From an uncultured Lachnospiraceae bacterium (GTDB taxonomy: Bacteria > Bacillota > Clostridia > Lachnospirales > Lachnospiraceae): 64,000 bases of DNA. The notes beneath the pieces are model-generated. The model was not told where the DNA came from. It ran no database searches and saw only the letters and a program-made list of their open reading frames with translations. The stretch lies in contig CAJLRL010000002.1 of the NCBI GenBank assembly GCA_905209075.1, positions 2,869 through 66,868 on the forward strand, given 5' to 3'. This document shows, piece by piece, positions 50,210 to 59,502 of the stretch (positions are counted from its first letter, which is position 1; every line of letters begins with the position of its first letter). The position numbers were made by a program, and so were the translations under genes.

Positions 50210-51496
50210 ATGAAAAAGTATACAGAAATGACAAAGGATGAGTTACTGCAGGAGAAGACTGCGCTTGAGGCTGAGTATGAGAAAATCAAAGGTCTTGGCT
50301 TAAGTCTTGATATGTCACGTGGAAAGCCGGGAGCAGATCAGCTTGACCTCTCTCTTCCAATGCTTGATGTCTTAAAATCAGACAGTGATATGAAAAGTGA
50401 ATCAGGTCTTGATGTAAGAAATTATGCATGTCTTGATGGAATACCTGAAGCAAAGGCACTTATTGCAGGCATGGTAGGCGCAAAGCCGGAGCAGGCAATT
50501 GTATATGGTAATTCAAGTCTTAATATCATGTATGATCAGGTTTCGCGTGCATTTATTTTTGGCCTTTGCGGAAATACACCATGGTGTAAGCTCGATAAGG
50601 TTAAGTTCCTCTGTCCTGTACCGGGATATGACAGACATTTCGCCATAACAGAAGAGTTTGGTGTGGAGATGATAAATATTCCTATGACAGAAGATGGTCC
50701 TGATATGGATATGGTAGAGCAGTATGTAAACAACGATGCATCGGTAAAGGGTATCTGGTGCGTACCGAAATATTCAAACCCACAGGGCGTTGTATATTCA
50801 GATGAGACAGTAAAGAGATTTGCAAAGCTTAAACCGGCAGCAGATGATTTCAGAATCTTTTGGGACAATGCATACACAGTACATCATCTTTATGATGATG
50901 ATCAGGCACAGATCCCTGATATATTAGCCCTCTGTGAACAGGAAGGAAATCCAGATATGGTATTTGAGTTCTGTTCAACAAGTAAAATAAGCTTTCCGGG
51001 AGCCGGTGTGGCAGGTATATGCACATCTGAAAAGAACCGTGAGGATATTAAGAAACGTCTCACTATCCAGACGATCGGTCATGACAAGATCAACCAGCTG
51101 CGTCATGCAAGATTTTTTAAAGACATGGATGGGGTAAAAGCTCACATGGCAAAACATGCAGCTCTTATCAGACCTAAATTTGAGCTTATAGAAAATATAC
51201 TGACAGATGAGATCGCATCAAGAGGAATAGGAAGCTGGATCAAGCCACTTGGAGGATATTTCTTCGGATTTGAGGCACTTCCGGGCTGTGCAAAGGAAAT
51301 CGTTGCAAAATGTAAAGAAGCAGGAGTTACAATGACAGGAGCAGGATCTCCATTCCCGTATAAAAAAGATCCAAAGGACAGCGTTATCCGTATAGCACCT
51401 ACTTATCCATCAATCGATGAGCTTAAAAAAGCAGCCGAGGTATTTGTTGTCGTAACACGTCTTGTAAGCGTAAATAAAATCCTTGAGAAAAACTAG
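50210..51496 (+). CDS. Class I/II PLP-dependent aminotransferase
   Basis: 428 aa fold-type I pattern. SxSKxxxxxG PLP-lysine block (CSTSKISFPGAGVAG). Confidence 0.55.
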   Translation: MKKYTEMTKDELLQEKTALEAEYEKIKGLGLSLDMSRGKPGADQLDLSLPMLDVLKSDSDMKSESGLDVRNYACLDGIPEAKALIAGMVGAKPEQAIVYGNSSLNIMYDQVSRAFIFGLCGNTPWCKLDKVKFLCPVPGYDRHFAITEEFGVEMINIPMTEDGPDMDMVEQYVNNDASVKGIWCVPKYSNPQGVVYSDETVKRFAKLKPAADDFRIFWDNAYTVHHLYDDDQAQIPDILALCEQEGNPDMVFEFCSTSKISFPGAGVAGICTSEKNREDIKKRLTIQTIGHDKINQLRHARFFKDMDGVKAHMAKHAALIRPKFELIENILTDEIASRGIGSWIKPLGGYFFGFEALPGCAKEIVAKCKEAGVTMTGAGSPFPYKKDPKDSVIRIAPTYPSIDELKKAAEVFVVVTRLVSVNKILEKN

Positions 51497-51551
51497 TACT
51501 TTTGTTATAATGATATTGTAAATGTCAATATGTACAAAAGAGGTTGTTTAT

Positions 51552-52487
51552 ATGGGGTTTTTGAATAAAAAAAGTACTACAGAAGAGAGTACAGAAACAC
51601 AGGAACTTAAAAGGCTTCTGGAGGAGGCAAGGGTTAACGCAAAAAACCTCCGGAAGTCATTGGAAAATATAGATACACATATGCATGGCGTATCGGATCA
51701 TGCCGGCGAGATCGGTTCCATAATGCAGGAATATGGAACCAGTATAAGCCAGATGAATGAAAATATTTCAGAAATCGCAAATGTAATGGAAGAGATGGAA
51801 AACTCGTTTGAGGGGATGAACGAGGAGGCAAAGGACGGAGCAAGGTATGCCCAGAACAGCAACAAAGCGGCTTATGACATCATGATGGAGTCTGAGAACG
51901 AAAGACGTGAAGTGGAAGAACGTGCCAATGCTGTGGAAAAAGCGCTGATGGATAAAATCGAGCAGTCTAAGGAAGCTGAAAAGATCCTTGATCTTACGGC
52001 GAATATATTAGAGATTGCAGATCAGACAAACCTTTTAGCGCTCAACGCTTCAATAGAAGCAGCACATGCAGGAGATGCGGGAAGAGGATTCGCAATTGTT
52101 GCCGACGAGATAACCAAGCTTGCTGCAAGCTCAAGTGAAACGGCAGAACAGATAAAGGAGATATCAGCATCTGTGTTAAATGCAGTTTCAGGTCTTGCAA
52201 GTGAAGCTGAAAATGTTGTTACATTTATGAAAGATAAGACTATGGGAAGCTATGATAAGCTTGTGGAAGTCGGACGTAAATATCAGGGTGACTCAAAGAT
52301 AATGTTTGATAAGATGCAGGATTTTTCATATGTTTCACAGAGCCTGCTTGAGCAGGTTGCAGATTCAAATAAATCAGTCGATGCCATAAGAACAGCAGCA
52401 GGAGAAACTGAGCAGTCACTTAACTCTATAATGGATAAAATGGATGAGATAGATGACAGCATAAAAGAAATTATGCATACATCGTAA
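51552..52487 (+). CDS. Soluble methyl-accepting chemotaxis protein signalling-domain protein (no TM or sensor domain)
   Basis: [31 protein letters not shown] matches the MCP highly conserved signalling tip. Coiled-coil flanks. Confidence 0.65.
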   Translation: MGFLNKKSTTEESTETQELKRLLEEARVNAKNLRKSLENIDTHMHGVSDHAGEIGSIMQEYGTSISQMNENISEIANVMEEMENSFEGMNEEAKDGARYAQNSNKAAYDIMMESENERREVEERANAVEKALMDKIEQSKEAEKILDLTANILEIADQTNLLALNASIEAAHAGDAGRGFAIVADEITKLAASSSETAEQIKEISASVLNAVSGLASEAENVVTFMKDKTMGSYDKLVEVGRKYQGDSKIMFDKMQDFSYVSQSLLEQVADSNKSVDAIRTAAGETEQSLNSIMDKMDEIDDSIKEIMHTS

Positions 52488-52574
52488 TTTACTATTTACA
52501 AATCAATAAAAATGTGTAATATTATAAATATCAATTTTGGTATTTATGCATGCGGATTAGTATGCATTCTTTTA

Positions 52575-52597
52575 GTGGCGTTCTGCCACTTTTTTTA
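52575..52597 (+). terminator. Rho-independent terminator
   Basis: AGTGGC-gttct-GCCACT followed by T7. Confidence 0.7.
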
Positions 52598-52702
52598 TTC
52601 CCTAAATTAATCAATACAACGAAAAACAAACCAGTAACTACAAAATAAATAAAACACAAAATAAAAATATATAGCAAAATATAGCAAAGGAAGGGTTTTT
52701 AT

Positions 52703-52876
52703 ATGAAAGAGATTTTTCAGGAGTATGGAGGAATACTTATAACAGTTGTTGCAATTTTATCTATTATTCTGGTTATAACGGCGGTAATAGGTTCCGATGC
52801 TGACAGTATAATCGGAAAAGCTTTTAATGATCTGATCCAGGGCTTCTTAGCGCAGGCAAATAACAGTATTAAATAG
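52703..52876 (+). CDS. Flp-like leaderless mini-pilin, paralog 1 (57 aa; below ORF-track cutoff)
   Basis: MKEIFQEYGGILITVVAILSIILVITAVIGS... N-terminal E-Y-G then a hydrophobic helix resembles mature Flp pilins (..IEYGLIA..). AAAGGAAGGG SD. Directly upstream of the CpaF-like ATPase. Confidence 0.5.
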   Translation: MKEIFQEYGGILITVVAILSIILVITAVIGSDADSIIGKAFNDLIQGFLAQANNSIK

Positions 52877-52886
52877 AGGTGGGCAG

Positions 52887-53942
52887 ATGGAACTAGGCAA
52901 AGAATATTTTGGACCACTGTGGAGCTTTGTCGCAAGCGATGAGATAACGGATATAGATTATAATGGCAAAGAAATATGGTTAACAAATATTTTTAACGAG
53001 AGATTCAGGGCTAATCCGCAATTTGTATCGGAGTATATGACAACTGCGTTTGTAGAGCAGTTTACACAGCGTATAGCAAATGTGGTGAGCAGGCAGTTTA
53101 ACAAAAGAAATCCGGAGCTTGAAGCGGAAACCAGTGAGCTTCGTGTCACCATACTTCATGAGTCAGTTGCAAAATCGGGCAGAAGCATAAGCATAAGAAA
53201 GACGCCGCCGCTTATAAGACTTACAGCAGAATCAGCTGTAGCAGAGAAGTTTTGTTCTCAGGAAATTCTTTCGCTGCTGATAAATTGTGTGATCACAAAG
53301 ATGAATATCACATTTTGCGGAATGCCGGGTATAGGAAAGACGGAATGTGTTAAATTTTTCTCGCAATTTATTCCGGCAAACGAAAGAGTGATAACAATAG
53401 AGGATACACTTGAGATAAGATATGGTGCGACAAATCCGGGAAAAGACTGTATAGAGATGAAAGTCAGTGAGGATGTATTTGGATATTCCGAGGCAATAAA
53501 ATCATGTCTTAGAATGAATCCGAAATGGATAATGCTGTCTGAAGCCCGCTCAAAAGAAGTTAAATATCTTCTTGAAAGCTGGAGTACCGGCGTGAGGGGA
53601 ATGACAACACTTCATACAGATGATGTGCGAAATATACCTGACAGGATACTTAATATGCTTGAGAGCCGGATAGATGCTGAAAGGATGGAAAATGATATAT
53701 ATCAGGCTTTGGATGTCGGTATACTTATCAGAAAAGGCAGGAGAGATGATGGCGCTGTATACAGGTATATAGATCAGATTTGCTTCTTTTTCAGGGAAAA
53801 TTATAGTAATGAGATTTTTATGGTAGTATCTGATGGGAAAATAGTCACAAAAGATCTGCCGAAGATTATCATGAGAAGATTTAAGAGAGCCGGGATTGAT
53901 GATCCGTTTGAACTTAAGGCATCAAAGGAGGTGGAACAGTGA
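52887..53942 (+). CDS. CpaF/TadA-type secretion ATPase (type II/IV secretion NTPase family)
   Basis: ITDIDYNG, SISIRKTPP, Walker A GMPGIGKT, FIPANERVITIEDTLEIR, RMNPKWIMLSEAR, TTLHTDD all align block-for-block with CpaF/VirB11 motifs. Confidence 0.8.
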   Translation: MELGKEYFGPLWSFVASDEITDIDYNGKEIWLTNIFNERFRANPQFVSEYMTTAFVEQFTQRIANVVSRQFNKRNPELEAETSELRVTILHESVAKSGRSISIRKTPPLIRLTAESAVAEKFCSQEILSLLINCVITKMNITFCGMPGIGKTECVKFFSQFIPANERVITIEDTLEIRYGATNPGKDCIEMKVSEDVFGYSEAIKSCLRMNPKWIMLSEARSKEVKYLLESWSTGVRGMTTLHTDDVRNIPDRILNMLESRIDAERMENDIYQALDVGILIRKGRRDDGAVYRYIDQICFFFRENYSNEIFMVVSDGKIVTKDLPKIIMRRFKRAGIDDPFELKASKEVEQ

Positions 53943-55324
53943 TATATTTATCACTTATGGCACTTACATATCTGCTCAAAATCCTCCTTAAATTAAACTG
54001 GATAAGCACAGTGGCTGTTTTATGCTTTCTGCTTGTCATGCAAAGATGGCACAAAAAGAAGCATCTTGCATATGTAAATTCGGTGGATAGATTCGAGGAT
54101 GTTTCACTGTATATAGATACACTCCTTTACTCTTTTATGAAGGAAAGAAAGATAATAAGGGCATTTGAGGATACGTGGAGTACATTTGAGGATGGAACGA
54201 TGAAGCAGACCATACAGAATGCATTTGATCATATGCGGCTTACTTTCGATGAGACGGAAGTTTTAGTCGACGCAATGAAAATTATAGAGACAGAGTATAA
54301 CTGCAACCGGATAAAGACTGCACATGAATTTATGGAGCATGCGGAATATTATGGCGGAGATATAAATAATTCTGCCAGAATCCTGCTTAAGGATAAAAGT
54401 TCGTGGGAAAGAAGGATTCATAAGACGATTGAAGAGAGAAAGCGGATGTTTACCGAGATAATAATGTCGGTTGTAATGTCGATCGTGATATGTGGGATCG
54501 TACTCCATCTGCCTGTGCTTAACATGGACATAAGTACAAATATTTTTGTGCAGATACTTGCCGTGATCGTTGTGATACTTGATGATTTTATAATTCTTAG
54601 GGGACAGGGATACTTAAGTGTGGACTACCTCACAGTTGATCTGTTAAGTGATGAGCAAAAATATGTAAAGAAGCTTGAGGATTATAAAAATTACGACTAT
54701 AAAAAAGAATTTAAGCGATCGATCCTGTATTCGATCATACCGGCAGTTATCATGTGTGTATGTCTGTTGTATGGCAGGCAGTGGTGGGCAGCAGCAGCGA
54801 TGGGGATTATGCTCCTGACGCTTAACCAGCACAAAATAGGACATAAACTGATGAAGAAAAATATTACACGGCAGATAAAAAGTGCTTTCCCTAAATGGCT
54901 TATGGATATTGCCCTTCTGATACAAAGCGAAAATGTCCAGGTAGCAATCCAAAAATCCAGGGAACATGTTCCGCTCATATTAAGAGGAGAAGTTGAAGAA
55001 TTAATTGGCAGGCTTGATATGGAGCCGGAATCATCAGGTCCTTATCACAGATTCTTAGAGAAACTTACTCTTCCACAGATAAATGCGGCAATGGGCATGT
55101 TGTATGCTGTCTCAATAGGTAATAGTGGTAATGCAGAGGATCAGATAGATGAGCTTATAACTAAGAATCTAGAGATGCTTGATATTGCTGACAGCGAGAG
55201 ACTAAAGGACAATACAGCAGGTATGTATTTATTGTTCCTGGCACCAGTTGTTACCGCTTCATTTAAGCTGATCGTGGATATGGCAGTGTTTCTGCTTGGT
55301 TTTTTATCATACAGGGTTATATAG
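53939..55324 (+). CDS. Polytopic membrane protein, probable fused TadB/TadC-like (T2SS-F type) platform protein
   Basis: 461 aa. Alternating cytoplasmic helical domains and TM hairpins in two repeats. Translationally coupled to the ATPase (overlapping stop/start). Confidence 0.4.
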   Translation: MIYLSLMALTYLLKILLKLNWISTVAVLCFLLVMQRWHKKKHLAYVNSVDRFEDVSLYIDTLLYSFMKERKIIRAFEDTWSTFEDGTMKQTIQNAFDHMRLTFDETEVLVDAMKIIETEYNCNRIKTAHEFMEHAEYYGGDINNSARILLKDKSSWERRIHKTIEERKRMFTEIIMSVVMSIVICGIVLHLPVLNMDISTNIFVQILAVIVVILDDFIILRGQGYLSVDYLTVDLLSDEQKYVKKLEDYKNYDYKKEFKRSILYSIIPAVIMCVCLLYGRQWWAAAAMGIMLLTLNQHKIGHKLMKKNITRQIKSAFPKWLMDIALLIQSENVQVAIQKSREHVPLILRGEVEELIGRLDMEPESSGPYHRFLEKLTLPQINAAMGMLYAVSIGNSGNAEDQIDELITKNLEMLDIADSERLKDNTAGMYLLFLAPVVTASFKLIVDMAVFLLGFLSYRVI

Positions 55325-55333
55325 GAGAAGAGA

Positions 55334-55708
55334 ATGAGCCAGATAATGAAATCCTTTTTGGGATTATTTTTAATAATGTTTATGGTTGTGACTTCGGCGG
55401 GCGTACTTTCAGGATTTTTGTCGGTTTTATCAGCACAGAATACGCATGCAGCGATCATAAGTGAGCTTGAGGACAGTGATTTTTATCCTTCAGTAGTTAA
55501 TGAGTGCTTTAAGAAGGCAAAGGATGAAAATACGCAGCTATCAATAAAATTATACCTTGATGATAATTCAGTTAAAACCATAAGCGGTGCAGGGGAAATT
55601 CCTGGAGGAAAGAAAATTGAGAAAGCGCGTGTGGAACTTAAGTTTTTTTATCAGATACCTTTTTTTGAGATAAAAGAACCGCATATTTTAAGTGGATACG
55701 CATTATAA
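55334..55708 (+). CDS. TadE/pseudopilin-like protein (N-terminal hydrophobic segment)
   Basis: MSQIMKSFLGLFLIMFMVVTSAGVLSGFLSVL then a soluble domain of about 90 aa. Confidence 0.35.
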   Translation: MSQIMKSFLGLFLIMFMVVTSAGVLSGFLSVLSAQNTHAAIISELEDSDFYPSVVNECFKKAKDENTQLSIKLYLDDNSVKTISGAGEIPGGKKIEKARVELKFFYQIPFFEIKEPHILSGYAL

Positions 55709-55731
55709 GCTTTAATGGGGGATTATAAGAT

Positions 55732-55830
55732 ATGGAGACTTTGATAGAAGAATATGGTGGAAGCATAATAATGCTGTTATTTGGGGCTGGTGCTGTAGCC
55801 GTGTTAGAACAGATTTTTGCGATTTTATAA
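55732..55830 (+). CDS. Flp-like leaderless mini-pilin, paralog 2 (32 aa; below ORF-track cutoff)
   Basis: METLIEEYGGSIIMLLFGAGAVAVLEQIFAIL. Same xxIxxEYGG plus hydrophobic helix pattern. Confidence 0.4.
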   Translation: METLIEEYGGSIIMLLFGAGAVAVLEQIFAIL

Positions 55831-55840
55831 GGAGGGGGAA

Positions 55841-55987
55841 ATGAAAGCAATATTTAGAGAGTATGGAGGTATGCTTATAGCATCAGCTGCTACATGCACA
55901 TTTCTGGTTTTGATAGGAAATATATTCCTTGCCCAGGATGGACTTTTATCAAAGCTTATCATGGCATGGGGAAATGGAGGAATCTGA
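55841..55987 (+). CDS. Flp-like leaderless mini-pilin, paralog 3 (48 aa; below ORF-track cutoff)
   Basis: MKAIFREYGGMLIASAATCTFLVLIGNIFLA... GGAGGGGG SD immediately upstream. Stop overlaps the next start (TGATGA). Confidence 0.45.
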   Translation: MKAIFREYGGMLIASAATCTFLVLIGNIFLAQDGLLSKLIMAWGNGGI

Positions 55988-56442
55988 TGAAAGAAATAAT
56001 GCACACATATGGTGCACTTATCATTTCAGCTGCAATTCTTGTCGGAATTCTTGCATTATTTTCTAATGTATCATATAGGGCTGCGGCAGCATTTGAGAAT
56101 AAAGAAATTCTGGATGATAATATGCAGAATATTGCTTATGACAATTACAAAGATGTGCATATTCCAAAGCTGACACCAAAGCCGGCATTATACGAGACAT
56201 CCAGGGATATTATAGCGGGAAATCTGTTCTGCGATACAGCAGAGTCTGCTAATATATTGAGAACAAAAGCGTATACAGTATTAGATGAAAGTGGTAACAG
56301 AAAGGACGAGTGCATAAAAAACAGCGGTATGAGGCTTTATTTTGCAAAGCCGGGAATATATACAGTTTACCTTACGGTAACTATGGTAAACGGAATGCAG
56401 CTGCATTCCGTTACCAAAGTTGCAGTTAATCAGAAAATATAA
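55987..56442 (+). CDS. Pilin-like protein, paralog 4, with C-terminal globular domain (151 aa)
   Basis: MKEIMHTYGALIISAAILVGILALF... has the same N-terminal pattern (T replaces E), then a domain of about 120 aa. In-frame internal start of track ORF 55894..56442. Confidence 0.45.
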   Translation: MKEIMHTYGALIISAAILVGILALFSNVSYRAAAAFENKEILDDNMQNIAYDNYKDVHIPKLTPKPALYETSRDIIAGNLFCDTAESANILRTKAYTVLDESGNRKDECIKNSGMRLYFAKPGIYTVYLTVTMVNGMQLHSVTKVAVNQKI

Positions 56443-56457
56443 AGATTAGGGGGGAAA

Positions 56458-56853
56458 ATGAAAAATACAGTATTAGGAATAATAGGATGTATTATCGTTT
56501 TGTATACAGCAATGCTTTCATTAGGAATATATAGTCTGTACATCCATAAGAACCAGATGGAGAAATGCCTGTCACAGGTATTGTATGGAGTTATGGATAA
56601 ATATTATCTGCCACATGATACAGCAGAGACGGGTGGGGCTTTAAATAATACAGCTGCAAGAAATGATGTTCTGGAAGACATAAAGGCACGTCTTGGAGAC
56701 TGTGACAATCTAAACACAACTATATATGTCTGTGATATGGACAAAGGGATAATCTCAGCACGCATAGAGAATGATCTCGAGCTTCCCATGGGAATAGAAA
56801 AGCATCTAAGTTGTACAAAAACAATAATCGCAGATAGGGGGATGGATGATTGA
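56458..56853 (+). CDS. TadE/TadG-like minor pilin-type membrane protein
   Basis: MKNTVLGIIGCIIVLYTAMLSLGIYSLYI hydrophobic N-terminus then a soluble domain. Confidence 0.35.
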   Translation: MKNTVLGIIGCIIVLYTAMLSLGIYSLYIHKNQMEKCLSQVLYGVMDKYYLPHDTAETGGALNNTAARNDVLEDIKARLGDCDNLNTTIYVCDMDKGIISARIENDLELPMGIEKHLSCTKTIIADRGMDD

Positions 56854-57758
56854 AAAAAATAAATAGAAAAAACTGTATTATCGGAGCAGGACTTCTTTTA
56901 ATGGGAATTATGGTGATGACAGTTTCTGCTGCATGTGGAAATAAAAGAGAAAAAACAGAATCAGAAACACTAAACACTAAAAATATTGTAAATGGATCAG
57001 AACTTATAGCTGAAACTGAAAAAGTAAGCAAAGTAGAAAATTCAAAGGATAATGAAAAAATCCAACAAAATACAGAGCCTGTGAAGCAGACAAACATTGA
57101 ACAGATCAAACCGGATAAAACAGATATCCAGAGCAGTCCATCAACCGAAAATGAAACAAAAAATGATGATGAAAAAAATGATAACGATGAAAAAAAGAGT
57201 GACGTGATGGAAGAAGAAAATCCAGATTATCATGCCAGCGGAGGAGAATCGGATGTTTCGGATAATCCTGCAGATGAATATAATGCAGATGAGCCGGACA
57301 ATAGTACGCATGATCAAGATGCAGATGAACCAGACAATGATACGGAAAATTACGAGACATATGATGATGGAAACGGATTCGGTGATGCTAAGGAAGAAAA
57401 GCCAAAGGTAGATGCAGGCTGGATTTATTATGTAAGCTCTGCAAAAAATGGAATGAACAGCGAACAGAAGGCATATTTTGACGCACTTGTCGGGAAGTGG
57501 ACACGGAAAGAAATAACTGATGCGGATATGAGTGATGAGTTTTTACATACCTTTGATGAATGGGGCTTTGATACATGGACTGCAGGTGTAACGTCAGATG
57601 AAAGATGTTTGTTTAATTCAGTGGAGGCAATACCTGATTATAGCGAGATGGTTGCAGAAAGTAAAGGATTTTATAATTTCATAGGATTATATACGGAAGG
57701 AGAGTACGACGATAAAGGATATCTTATATGCTATTACTGGGAAGCAGGAACGATGTAA
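56850..57758 (+). CDS. Lipoprotein with acidic low-complexity linker
   Basis: Signal peptide with lipobox VSAAC. D/E/N-rich region. Conserved C-terminal domain. Confidence 0.55.
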   Translation: MKKINRKNCIIGAGLLLMGIMVMTVSAACGNKREKTESETLNTKNIVNGSELIAETEKVSKVENSKDNEKIQQNTEPVKQTNIEQIKPDKTDIQSSPSTENETKNDDEKNDNDEKKSDVMEEENPDYHASGGESDVSDNPADEYNADEPDNSTHDQDADEPDNDTENYETYDDGNGFGDAKEEKPKVDAGWIYYVSSAKNGMNSEQKAYFDALVGKWTRKEITDADMSDEFLHTFDEWGFDTWTAGVTSDERCLFNSVEAIPDYSEMVAESKGFYNFIGLYTEGEYDDKGYLICYYWEAGTM

Positions 57759-57780
57759 AAGAAAAACTGCAACAGCAGCA

Positions 57781-59502
57781 GTGACAGGACTTATTTTGGC
57801 AGGGGTGCTCATTATTACATTTGGATGTCAGGGAAATGTGTATGCTGCAGAAAGAACTGCGGCTAATAATGCAGCAACTTATTATAGTATTTTTGGAAAC
57901 AAAACGGTTTTTGTTCCAGATGCACCAACAGACGGAAAAGTGTATTTCTGTTCAGCAGGGAAAAAGGCTACATCCGGTACAAGATTTAAGACTGTAGGAT
58001 ATAAAATGACGGTGCGTGATAATAAGGGGAACTGGCTGCAATCCATATATTATGAGATGGATGGAAGATTTATGAAATTAATAGATGACACGGAGGAGGG
58101 AGGATACGATTATACGTTGTATGCAATTTCTCTATATGTGATTAAATCAAGGATGAATGCAACAGCGCAAAATGCACTAAAAAATGGAAATTGTAATATA
58201 GTACTTGATGCATGTATGGTTGTGACAAAAAATGGTGTACCGCAGGGAGCAATGAATGATAACGGATGGGTGTCAGGTTCGGTGTATGATACATATACCG
58301 GAATAGCTTCAGCAGCAGACTGGAGTGATGGAGCACTCGAGTCGCTGCACTCATATTATTCCAAAACAGTCAATGGATTATTTCATACTATAACTGTTAA
58401 TGGGGCATCCGGAATTTCATCAACAAAAGGTTCGGGTACATATTGTTATGGAACAGAAATCAGTATTTCAGCATCGCCTAAGCCGGGGTATGCATTTACA
58501 ACATGGAATAACAACAGTAAGCTTACAGCAAACCCATATAAGCTGTATGCAAATACATCAGTCACATATACAGCATATGCTAAAATACAGGATCTGACAG
58601 TAAGTTTTTATAGAAACAGCTATGATGCGGATAAAGTGGGGATTACAAAGAAATATGTTATGGGGACTGCCGGACAGAAGTTTCCTTCCGTTGATTGGAA
58701 AAAGGAGGGCTTTCATATGATAGGATGGAATAATAAAAAGTCTGATACGACAGCTGGGTATTCTTTGAACTGTAATGTAGCAGATGCGTGGATAAAAAGC
58801 TGTGCACCGGCAAAAAATATATATGCTGTATGGCAGAAAAACAAATATACAGTCAAATTTGATACTGGACAGACATATAACGTCTATTATGATGGGGAAA
58901 TCGTAATACCGGATGGAAGATTATGCAAAGGATATATTTTCGGAGATGGCACAGGAAAGACAATGTACAGCCCAAATAAGACTGTATCGGTAGCAGATAT
59001 GTGCAAAAAACTTGGACTGGAATATACAGATGGAGGTGTAATTAATTTTTACGTTGTTTGGGAGCATGAACCAGTCATAGAGGCAGAAGATATGTATTTT
59101 TCAGTACAGGCGGCAAGAGATGGGCTGGTGACGGAGGAAATGCTTTCGGGAAGGATTAAAGCATACGATGTTGAGGATGGTGATATACCATATGGAATGA
59201 ATGGTACAAATTATTTTCGTATACAAAATTATTCACCATATTCGATAAGAAATGCGGCAGATGGAGAGATCATCGGGCTTGATCTGGAAGTCATGGATAG
59301 TTTTGGAAATATTGTATCTAAACAGATAAAACTTAAGTTTGTGGATTCAAAATTTGAAGATCAGACGGCAAAATATGGAAAGATAAGATTTATAAGTGAT
59401 AAATATTATGGAAAAGGAAAAGCGGGAGGTCTTTTATATGACTCCCGCTGGTTAAATGATCCATCATATATTAATCTTCTGCAGAAGGCTCTGGAAGCTT
59501 AA
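57781..59502 (+). CDS. Secreted protein with Listeria-Bacteroides (InlB B-type) repeats; start uncertain
   Basis: Hydrophobic signal-like N-terminus. GYAFTTWNN...TYTAYA and GFHMIGWNN...NIYAVW match the B-repeat pattern (G-[YF]-x-F-x-G-W ... Y-A-x-W). Confidence 0.55.
   Translation: MTGLILAGVLIITFGCQGNVYAAERTAANNAATYYSIFGNKTVFVPDAPTDGKVYFCSAGKKATSGTRFKTVGYKMTVRDNKGNWLQSIYYEMDGRFMKLIDDTEEGGYDYTLYAISLYVIKSRMNATAQNALKNGNCNIVLDACMVVTKNGVPQGAMNDNGWVSGSVYDTYTGIASAADWSDGALESLHSYYSKTVNGLFHTITVNGASGISSTKGSGTYCYGTEISISASPKPGYAFTTWNNNSKLTANPYKLYANTSVTYTAYAKIQDLTVSFYRNSYDADKVGITKKYVMGTAGQKFPSVDWKKEGFHMIGWNNKKSDTTAGYSLNCNVADAWIKSCAPAKNIYAVWQKNKYTVKFDTGQTYNVYYDGEIVIPDGRLCKGYIFGDGTGKTMYSPNKTVSVADMCKKLGLEYTDGGVINFYVVWEHEPVIEAEDMYFSVQAARDGLVTEEMLSGRIKAYDVEDGDIPYGMNGTNYFRIQNYSPYSIRNAADGEIIGLDLEVMDSFGNIVSKQIKLKFVDSKFEDQTAKYGKIRFISDKYYGKGKAGGLLYDSRWLNDPSYINLLQKALEA

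Noticed and set aside
57106-57360. His-rich 84-aa minus-strand ORF
   Set aside because: Mirror image of the GAT/GAA-rich acidic linker codons of the + strand lipoprotein gene. It is a composition artefact.
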